Of a stretch of DNA of 27,372 nucleotides, positions 1 through 6,734 are shown in pieces. Each line of letters begins with the position of its first letter. Position 1 is the first letter of the stretch. Position numbers and translations under genes: made by a program. The notes beneath the pieces were generated by a model. It had not been told where the DNA came from. It ran no database searches and saw only the letters and a program-made list of their open reading frames with translations. Location: positions 1 through 27,372 of IMG/VR virus record IMGVR_UViG_3300032233_001770. One strand, written 5' to 3'. Source of the DNA: a virus. Taxonomy: Duplodnaviria > Caudoviricetes.

Positions 1-987
1 AGAACCATTGTAAAAATAAGTAAAACTTTGATGATTGATAGTCATAATAACTGAACTATCATTCTCTACACTTGTTCCAGCACCTGCCTGGACTGTTATA
101 TTGTATGTAGCAATCTTATTACCTTCGTCTTTTACAATCAACTTCTTACCATAAGAAGGAATTTGTGGCAATACAATCGTTACAGGAACATAAGCACTCA
201 CTCCAATATAATCATCAGCATTTGATGCCTGATAGTAGTTAGTAGTTCCACTAATATTGACGATTGTTGTTCCACCAACATCATTTGGGTCAACAAACTC
301 TGCTTTATTTGTTGTAGAATTCCACTGTAAAAATTTATTGTTATAAGCACCAGAATTTGTTGCAATACCTACAATATCATCTAAGTATCTTAATCTGGTT
401 TCTCCACCTCCACCAACTGTTGATAGTTGTTGTTGAATACGAGAAAGAAAGGTACTGTAATGTTTTTGTAAATCATCAAGTGTTGCGAACTTTTGGTCAA
501 GAGGAGTTAATGGGTCTTGTTGAACTTTAACATCTGATGGTTCGGCAAGAAGACCTAATGATTTTTCAATCAGTTCCTCTTTGGGTTCTTCAAGTTCTTC
601 TTTATGGTCTTCCAATACCTCAAGAACTTCATCCAAAGATTCTTCAATTACATCTTCAATAATTTGTTCCTGTTCTTTAGGTGTCTCTGAGTACAACCAT
701 TTCTCAAATGCCTCGACTGTTTTTTGTTCTTGTACCTTTTTCTTTTTAGTTTCCTTCTTTAGATTAGCAACCTCATCAAAAAGAGTATCTAAAGTAATTT
801 CACCTATAATAGATTCTTCCTTCTTCTGCTCTTCTACTTTCTTTTCCTTTTCCTTTTTCTTAAGTGCAGCAAATTCTCCAAAAAGAGAATCTAATCCTAA
901 GTCTCCAACTACGGAATCAAATTCTTCTTTTTTCTTTTTCTTATCTTCTGCTAATAATTTAAAGAAATCATTCAAGTCTTGAGACAT
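1..987 (-). CDS. Conserved cyanomyovirus-type protein of the gp16-gp17 interval, 3'-truncated by the window edge (>329 aa); charged helical N-terminus and gp9/gp10-like beta C-terminal domain
   Basis: Not in the ORF track; translated manually. ATG at 987-985, 1 nt after the stop of the 375-aa ORF, open to position 1. Translation: MSQDLNDFFKLLAEDKKKKKEEF...EELIEKSLGLLAEPSDVKVQQDPLTPLDQKFATLDDLQKHYSTFLSRIQQQLSTVGGGGETRLRYLDDIVGIATNS...DDYIGVSAYVPVTIVLPQIPSYGKKLIVKDEG...FTYFYNGS. Confidence 0.85.
   Translation of the reverse strand, partial: MSQDLNDFFKLLAEDKKKKKEEFDSVVGDLGLDSLFGEFAALKKKEKEKKVEEQKKEESIIGEITLDTLFDEVANLKKETKKKKVQEQKTVEAFEKWLYSETPKEQEQIIEDVIEESLDEVLEVLEDHKEELEEPKEELIEKSLGLLAEPSDVKVQQDPLTPLDQKFATLDDLQKHYSTFLSRIQQQLSTVGGGGETRLRYLDDIVGIATNSGAYNNKFLQWNSTTNKAEFVDPNDVGGTTIVNISGTTNYYQASNADDYIGVSAYVPVTIVLPQIPSYGKKLIVKDEGNKIATYNITVQAGAGTSVENDSSVIMTINHQSFTYFYNGS
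715..918 (-). repeat. Two tandem 34-aa (102-nt) repeats in the 1..987 ORF
   Basis: DSVVGDLGLDSLFGEFAALKKKEKEKKVEEQKKE aligns with ESIIGEITLDTLFDEVANLKKETKKKKVQEQKTV. Confidence 0.75.
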
Positions 988-988
988 A

Positions 989-2116
989 CTAGCAATTCCA
1001 CTTTCTTAATGATTTGTTGATTCTTGAATTTGGGTCATTTGCAGTTTTTGCTGATGTAAGTTTCTTCTTCATTCCAGACATTCTACTACAAAATGACTTT
1101 CTGCGATTTGCTGATTTTGACCCTTTCTTTAATTCCGATGGTTTAGTTGTAACCGCAAGTGAGAGGTGTGACCCAGGGTTCTGTTTGCGGTAAGAAGCAA
1201 TCCCTTTTTTGTTTAGACCACCCTCAGGATTCTTTCCCTCTTTTCTTTGCCAGGCAGGAGATGCTTCTGTCATAAAAGAATCAAAAGATTTCTGTTCCTT
1301 TGGAACACAGTTGGGAACTTCTTTACCACCCTTCTTCTTCTTACCAATCATCTCATATCCTTTCCAGCAGGGGTCTTCACCCTTCATTTTCTTACCTTCT
1401 TTTACAAGACGGTCTGCTTTAATAATATCAATAATCTGAATAAAAGTATTGCCGTTTGCATCTTCAATCGTTACATCCTCATTAACCTTACTTTCACCAC
1501 TGTCAAGATAATCTGCCGCAGTATCAATATAATCTGCTGCCTTTGTAATCTTTGATTGGACCCAGGCTTCAATATTACCTTCACCTTTCATTTTTTTCTT
1601 AAGTCTTCTAGCAGCATTCATAACAGCACTAAGTTCCGAACGAGCCATAGAATACTCGTGGTCCTTCTCCTCATTTGCCGGATGTGGCATTGTTATATTA
1701 TAATCTTTTTTTGAACTAATTAACTCCGCCGGTAAAGAAAACATATCCCAATATCTTGTACCATATTTGCATTCACTTCTTGTCTCAAGTTTTTCACATT
1801 TTGGACAATATCTATCTGCTCTTTCACGAACTGGAGTATGCCAATCATAATCAAGTGCATTGGTATTTTCGAACACATCCTTGAACTTTTTATGTTCTTT
1901 CTTTGCAGATGCTTCCATTTTCTTTAATCTGGTATAGTAATCTGGGATTTCATCTAAATGCTGTAATGCAATCTCAACAGCAAGTTTTTGATTATTTGTG
2001 TGCTCGTGTTCAATAGGAGCACCCATATCAAGTTGTTTCTGAATAAACGAGACATCAAGACGATGTTTCTTCGCAATCTGCTCTACAGTTTTGTATGGTT
2101 TCAGTTGCTCGTTCAT
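989..2116 (-). CDS. Modular basic protein, putative internal head protein or polyprotein (DUF5661-like N-terminal module, Cys module, DHE-SMA module, PCWKGY module, DUF6321-like C-terminal module)
   Basis: 375-aa ORF with modules MGAPIEHEHT..EIALQHLDEIPDYYTRLKKME; RYCPKCEKLETRSECKYG; DHEYSMARSEL..EAWVQSKITKAADY; DPCWKGYEMIGKKKKGGKEVPNCVP; AWQRKEGKNPEGGLNKKG..RRKSFCSRMSG..DPNSRINKSLRKWNC. The DUF labels are recalled from memory. Confidence 0.7.
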   Translation of the reverse strand: MNEQLKPYKTVEQIAKKHRLDVSFIQKQLDMGAPIEHEHTNNQKLAVEIALQHLDEIPDYYTRLKKMEASAKKEHKKFKDVFENTNALDYDWHTPVRERADRYCPKCEKLETRSECKYGTRYWDMFSLPAELISSKKDYNITMPHPANEEKDHEYSMARSELSAVMNAARRLKKKMKGEGNIEAWVQSKITKAADYIDTAADYLDSGESKVNEDVTIEDANGNTFIQIIDIIKADRLVKEGKKMKGEDPCWKGYEMIGKKKKGGKEVPNCVPKEQKSFDSFMTEASPAWQRKEGKNPEGGLNKKGIASYRKQNPGSHLSLAVTTKPSELKKGSKSANRRKSFCSRMSGMKKKLTSAKTANDPNSRINKSLRKWNC

Positions 2117-2128
2117 TATTCGTAAAGA

Positions 2129-2551
2129 CTAATCTTTACTATTTAGAAAACCTTGCTTCAGTATTTTTGAAAGTTCTGATGTTGATCCAACAAACAGAGC
2201 ATTATTAGTTACACTACTAGGTGATTTCACAGTATCTTCTTCAACATCTTTTAGTTTCTTCTGCAAATCAATTAACTTATCAGTCGTATCAGCAACACTC
2301 TTAATTAATTGTCCGGCAACCTCATATGCTCTTGGAGAACCACCTTCTCCGGCAAGTTCCATAATTCCATTAATTGCTTCTTGACCCTTTTCAATCAATG
2401 AATATAGATTTGCTCTTGTATACTCATAGTCCTTTCTGATATCATCAGGTTTTGATGGTACAATATCAATCTTTTCTGCAGATTTCTCTACCTCAACTAT
2501 GCTGCTCTCAATATTGAGTGCCTTATCAATATCCTCATAATTATTATTCAT
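2129..2551 (-). CDS. gp16: Terminase small subunit (T4 gp16-like)
   Basis: 140 aa; DYEYTRANLYSLIEKGQEAINGIMELAGEGGSPRAYEVAGQLIKS and NNALFVGSTSELSK motifs; directly follows gp15. Confidence 0.95.
   Translation of the reverse strand: MNNNYEDIDKALNIESSIVEVEKSAEKIDIVPSKPDDIRKDYEYTRANLYSLIEKGQEAINGIMELAGEGGSPRAYEVAGQLIKSVADTTDKLIDLQKKLKDVEEDTVKSPSSVTNNALFVGSTSELSKILKQGFLNSKD
2140..2146 (-). promoter_or_regulatory. Possible late promoter variant (CTAAATA) for the 375-aa ORF
   Basis: Minus strand reads TTCTAAATAG within the gp16 3' end, about 24 nt upstream of the ATG at 2116. The TAAATA core matches T4-type late promoters. Confidence 0.45.
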
Positions 2552-2557
2552 GATTTA

Positions 2558-3355
2558 TTAAATATCAGTCTGTTGTGTTGGACTATATGCCTTAGAATCG
2601 TTAAAGAATTCCCAATTCTCATTAAATCCAAAGTCATCATCTGGTCCGGCATCAATTGGGTCTGGAGTTACTGTGTATCTCATTTCACGTTTGGCAGTTG
2701 TTTGATCAGTGCCAGCATACATATCAACCTGAACCTTACGAATGAGACCATCTGTAGTATCGGAAATGGGACCAAACAGATATGTTTTTGCCGTAAATTG
2801 TAAAGTATATATTAAAGATCTTCTTGTTGAAAAATCTCCCTCATAGTCATCTTGGAAGGATACCGAATCTAAAACAATTGGAATATCTCTCTTTTCTCCA
2901 ATAGAATCTAACAAATCTACTGTAAGATTGAATGATGGTTGAAAGTATGGAAGAATTTGCTCAACAACTTGCAAAGCATCATCATTCAATTTTGCTAAAA
3001 TATTTAATTCAAATCCAATATTATACGGTACTGGCATATAAACTTTCTTTAAGTTTGTGCCGTCCGATGCCTTAAAACTTTGAGTGACTCCTGCCTTTCT
3101 TGTTGCATCATACTGTATAGAAGTCATCTCAAATGACATTCTAGGTAATGTCATTGCAATTGGTTTATTTAATTCTGGTTGCTGCTCAATTCTTGCAAGA
3201 AACTTTTGCATTGGTCCATATGCCAATGGAACCCTCATATCACTAATTGTATCATCATTAGCATTTTGATGATGAATATGGATTTGGTTAAAAACTGTTC
3301 CGAAAGCAATAATTGTCTTTCTTATAATTTGATGATAGTAGTAAGTTCCTAACAT
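2558..3355 (-). CDS. gp15: Tail sheath stabiliser / tail terminator (T4 gp15-like)
   Basis: 265 aa; YYHQIIRKTIIAFGTVFNQI, VPLAYGPMQKFLAR, TLPRMSFEM, PVPYNIGFEL, EQILPYFQP motifs; gp13-gp14-gp15-gp16 synteny. Confidence 0.95.
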   Translation of the reverse strand: MLGTYYYHQIIRKTIIAFGTVFNQIHIHHQNANDDTISDMRVPLAYGPMQKFLARIEQQPELNKPIAMTLPRMSFEMTSIQYDATRKAGVTQSFKASDGTNLKKVYMPVPYNIGFELNILAKLNDDALQVVEQILPYFQPSFNLTVDLLDSIGEKRDIPIVLDSVSFQDDYEGDFSTRRSLIYTLQFTAKTYLFGPISDTTDGLIRKVQVDMYAGTDQTTAKREMRYTVTPDPIDAGPDDDFGFNENWEFFNDSKAYSPTQQTDI

Positions 3356-4737
3356 TAATAGTTACCAAATGGATTTGATTCTGAAAAGTCTATAATAAGG
3401 TCTGCTTCTGATTGAATTTCATCATTTTCTTGATATTTATCATGCAATGATACCATATTGTGCTGTTTAATTGAATATCTTGCAGATGATGCAGTTCCTA
3501 CAACTATTTCTCCGGGATAGAATTGTCCGTCATTGATTGATATTTCTAAGATATTAGTATCCTTATCCCAAGACTTAACTCTTGCAACAGTTCCTGATGT
3601 CGATCCAATCACCTCTTCATTAAAAATAAAATTACCAGCACCAGAAGTAATCGGTGGAGGACTTATTGTAATAGTTGACGCAAGTGCAACAAATCCAACT
3701 CCAGCATTGGAAATGTATATTTGTGAAATATTTGTACCCTGAAGAGTTGCAAATGCCGAAGCTGCAATTCCTGGTCCAGTAGTTGGAGTACTGATTGAAA
3801 TGTTTGGTGGAAAAGAATACCCAGACCCACTACTTCCAATGCTAATAATTCTTATTCCATTATATACAGTTTGTATTCCACAAGTTGCAGCTGCTCCGGA
3901 TCCACCACCACCACTAATTGTAATTGAAGGTGCAATAGTATATCCGGCACCAGCATTTGTCAAAACAATATCTTTAATGGAATATGATCCATTAATACTA
4001 GTTGTAATAGCAACGGCTCTTGCATTAATTCCACCAGCAGGAGCAGATGATATTGCAACGGTAGGTATTGAAGTATATCCATAACCATCATTATCCAAAT
4101 AAACTTTTTGCACATATCCTGAAGATAGTACAGCTGATGCGGTTGCAGTAGAACCTATTGATATTAATTCCAGGGATGTAATATAACCTTGATTCTGCAA
4201 TGTTTGATCGATTTCATCAATAGATGTATCAAGAACTTCATCTTCATATTCAAATAGTTCACATTTTAATTCATAAACATAAGTCTTACCTAACTGATAA
4301 AATGGTTGCTCATGTTCAACAAATTTAATTTCAAATAATCTTCTACCCAAAGGAAAATAAACAATATCACCCTCTCTTGGTCGAGTTGATAATTCAATCT
4401 CTTCATCATTCATTCCTTCCAAGAATGGTGATATAAAATCTTCAAATCTTTCTTTTGAAATAATTAAGGTGAGTTCATCCTTCAAACTCATTCCAAATTT
4501 TGTTAAAATATCTCCGGACCCACTATATCCTTCATAGTTTGCCACATATGCTTCAAGAGCAAAATTGTCATCAAATTTTGATGATGTTACTTCTTTTATA
4601 ATTGTTTCTTTTCTTACAAATTTTCTTGGAATATATGTAACTTCAACTCCATATATCTTCAATTGCTCATTTATGAGTTCTTGAATCAATCTTTGCTCAT
4701 TTGCCGAACCTTGTAGAAAAAAAGGATTAAGTGCCAT
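3355..4737 (-). CDS. gp14: Neck protein (T4 gp14-like) with inserted GxGY repeat domain
   Basis: 460 aa; MALNPFFLQG, EQLKIYGVEVTYIPRK, LTKFGM, RPREGDIVYFPLGRRLFEIKFVEHEQPFYQLGK, C-terminal DFSESNPFG. Confidence 0.95.
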   Translation of the reverse strand: MALNPFFLQGSANEQRLIQELINEQLKIYGVEVTYIPRKFVRKETIIKEVTSSKFDDNFALEAYVANYEGYSGSGDILTKFGMSLKDELTLIISKERFEDFISPFLEGMNDEEIELSTRPREGDIVYFPLGRRLFEIKFVEHEQPFYQLGKTYVYELKCELFEYEDEVLDTSIDEIDQTLQNQGYITSLELISIGSTATASAVLSSGYVQKVYLDNDGYGYTSIPTVAISSAPAGGINARAVAITTSINGSYSIKDIVLTNAGAGYTIAPSITISGGGGSGAAATCGIQTVYNGIRIISIGSSGSGYSFPPNISISTPTTGPGIAASAFATLQGTNISQIYISNAGVGFVALASTITISPPPITSGAGNFIFNEEVIGSTSGTVARVKSWDKDTNILEISINDGQFYPGEIVVGTASSARYSIKQHNMVSLHDKYQENDEIQSEADLIIDFSESNPFGNY

Positions 4738-4739
4738 AG

Positions 4740-5582
4740 TTATCCGATAAAGTCATAGGGTGGTAGTTCATATTCCATTGACATTCTTTGCTTAATATCC
4801 TCTAATTCTTTTTCAGCATCTTCATATAGTTCTCTACCATTCAATTCAACTCCACCAGGAAGTTTAACTCCTCTAAATTTAATTAAATTTTGTCCCCATT
4901 GCTTCTTAATTAATGCTGTAAGATATTTTTTAATAAAACTGTCATTATAAACGTTTGTAAATGTATTTGGATCAAGGATTCTATAGCAATCAATAACAAT
5001 GTATTGGTCTGTAGATTGTGATGCCCAATCAAGATCCAAATATAGTCTATTCTGTCTTTTATTGAACCTAAGTTGCTTATCTGTAGTCAGTAGAAAATCA
5101 ATATCTTCCAAATATGATTTCACCATAGCATACTGCAAAAGTTCAACGGAGTTAAAATAATATAAATCATTTAAAAATAACTGATACTTGATACTAAACA
5201 TTCCACCAGAAATGGAACTTGTATCAAACTTAAAGATTTTTTCAATACCTATGACAGAATCTGGTATTTGGATATAATTTGAAGTTTCATAAAAATTATA
5301 TGATACAGTTCCAATACCAGTGACATTTGATGTTGCTGTAGTTGTAGTTACGCCAACCCCATTAGTATTTCTACCTCTACCCCTATTAAGATCTGCCTGC
5401 GTAATTTTATACTTCAAATACATTCTTTCTACACCATCAAAGTGCCTCTCCTGAAAGTACTGAAGGGCATCATCAACCAAATCATCTATTTGGTCATCAT
5501 CCACGTTAATTTCCAATACAGGAGCACCTAGACGCCGTAAACAGTAGTCTATAAGTTGTTGCCTACTTGCTGGCTTTGCCAT
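4740..5582 (-). CDS. gp13: Neck protein (T4 gp13-like)
   Basis: 280 aa; LIDYCLRRLGAPVLEINVDDDQIDDLVDDALQYFQERHFDG and KKQWGQNLIKFRGVKLPGGVELNG motifs. Confidence 0.96.
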   Translation of the reverse strand: MAKPASRQQLIDYCLRRLGAPVLEINVDDDQIDDLVDDALQYFQERHFDGVERMYLKYKITQADLNRGRGRNTNGVGVTTTTATSNVTGIGTVSYNFYETSNYIQIPDSVIGIEKIFKFDTSSISGGMFSIKYQLFLNDLYYFNSVELLQYAMVKSYLEDIDFLLTTDKQLRFNKRQNRLYLDLDWASQSTDQYIVIDCYRILDPNTFTNVYNDSFIKKYLTALIKKQWGQNLIKFRGVKLPGGVELNGRELYEDAEKELEDIKQRMSMEYELPPYDFIG

Positions 5583-5998
5583 CAGTATTCTCCTCCATCT
5601 ATGGTATTTGACCAGGTTGGTACACCAGAATTATCTGTTGTAAATATATAGTTGGTATAATTAATTGCGGTATTGACAGAACCAGTAGAAACCATTTTTC
5701 CAAATGTATCAAAATATGCAACTCCTCCTTGATTATATCTTCTAAGATAAAGAGCACTGTTGGAATCAATATAAAGATTATTGGTAAAACTTGTTATACC
5801 AACAAAATTTGTTGTACCAGCAAATGTTGATATACCACTAACATACAGTTGAGAAACTGATGCAATTCCACCAATTACATTTACGGCATTTTCAGTAAAG
5901 GGAGTTCCAGAAACAGTTGAAAGTACTTTTATTGAATTTTGCTGTCCAACTCTTACTTTTAAATTTTCTTGTCCAACTTTTACCCTTATATTTGACAT
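5582..5998 (-). CDS. Small fibre-like virion protein (138 aa)
   Basis: Beta-rich G/S/T sequence (GGIASVSQLYVSGISTFAG), C-terminal WSNTIDGGEY. Coupled to both neighbours by 1-nt overlaps (TAATG at 5998, TGATG at 5582). Lies immediately before gp13. Confidence 0.6.
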   Translation of the reverse strand: MSNIRVKVGQENLKVRVGQQNSIKVLSTVSGTPFTENAVNVIGGIASVSQLYVSGISTFAGTTNFVGITSFTNNLYIDSNSALYLRRYNQGGVAYFDTFGKMVSTGSVNTAINYTNYIFTTDNSGVPTWSNTIDGGEY

Positions 5999-6342
5999 TA
6001 TCGAGTAACTCCCTCCCTTACAAGGACCATACCCTCAATTACTCTTGTTTTAATTCCATTGTTATTTGTAATTAATATATCATATACATATCTACCTTCT
6101 TTTAGGGATAATGTATCTTCTGCAGATAATGATAAATATATTTCACCTAAAGTTGGTGGGTTAGTTATAGTAGTAGCAAAACTTACAGCAGTTGAACTAC
6201 CAGACCATTTTCTAAATTGAGCATCGACCTGATGTCCTGTCAAATCAAATGGAGATCCAGAATCAGTACCTTCTAAAGAAAATGATTGTATAAAATCTGC
6301 ACCAGAATTTATGACTATATTAGTGACATATACTGCTGCCAT
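5998..6342 (-). CDS. Conserved small virion structural protein (Ig-like, baseplate-upper-protein-like fold suspected)
   Basis: 114 aa; NIVINSGADF, FDLTGH..AQFRKW, GEIYLSLSAEDT..LKEGRYVYDILI..TRVIEGMVLVREGVTR. Preceded by a perfect late promoter. Confidence 0.7.
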   Translation of the reverse strand: MAAVYVTNIVINSGADFIQSFSLEGTDSGSPFDLTGHQVDAQFRKWSGSSTAVSFATTITNPPTLGEIYLSLSAEDTLSLKEGRYVYDILITNNNGIKTRVIEGMVLVREGVTR

Positions 6343-6367
6343 TTGACCATTTTAAAGATCTACTTTC

Positions 6368-6375
6368 TATTTATA
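6368..6375 (-). promoter_or_regulatory. T4-type (gp55 sigma) late promoter TATAAATA
   Basis: Plus strand TATTTATA at 6368-6375 in the 34-nt intergenic gap, 25 nt upstream of the ATG at 6342. Confidence 0.85.
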
Positions 6376-6376
6376 T

Positions 6377-6547
6377 TTACAAAGAACCTAAAACGACCAT
6401 TACTTCCTGCTGCTTCAGGTATAATTTGCAATATAATTTTGCAAAGTCTTTCAATTCATCTTGATTTAATTGGTCTATTACTCTTGAATGTTTTTCATAT
6501 TCAAAAAGTTTATCAATACTTTCTAAGTCAATACTATTTGGATCCAT
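6377..6547 (-). CDS. nblA: NblA-like phycobilisome degradation adaptor (56 aa)
   Basis: Not in the ORF track (its shortest entry is 61 aa). Manual translation: MDPNSIDLESIDKLFEYEKHSRVIDQLNQDELKDFAKLYCKLYLKQQEVMVVLGSL*. It fills the gap between the neighbouring genes and overlaps the upstream ORF by 14 nt. It aligns without gaps to Nostoc NblA as recalled (SLEQQFSIRSFATQVQNMSHDQAKDF vs SIDKLFEYEKHSRVIDQLNQDELKDF), with matching length and two-helix pattern. Confidence 0.65.
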   Translation of the reverse strand: MDPNSIDLESIDKLFEYEKHSRVIDQLNQDELKDFAKLYCKLYLKQQEVMVVLGSL

Positions 6548-6734
6548 TTAATAACTCCTTAAGAAGGGATTTAATTTCATCAATGTCTTTCCTCATTTCA
6601 TCAAATTCTCTTTTTTGAGAATCTCTGATTGACAATGAGTTAAGATATTGATTGTATGCGGCAGAGTCGCAATTTACGATTGCTCCTGACCGTTCATCTC
6701 TATAAAGATTTTGATGTCCTTCAACCCTTATCAT
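6534..6734 (-). CDS. Conserved small hypothetical protein with C-terminal coiled coil (66 aa)
   Basis: MIRVEGHQNLYRDERSGAIVN followed by the heptad pattern EFDEMRKDIDEIKSLLKELL; ATGA overlap with the stop of the 2459-aa gene. Confidence 0.8.
   Translation of the reverse strand: MIRVEGHQNLYRDERSGAIVNCDSAAYNQYLNSLSIRDSQKREFDEMRKDIDEIKSLLKELLNGSK

Noticed and set aside
6315-6350. Out-of-frame upstream ATG giving an 11-aa peptide (MVKWQQYMSLI) overlapping the 114-aa gene start
   Set aside because: Too short to support; the ATG at 6342 gives a typical N-terminus for the structural protein.
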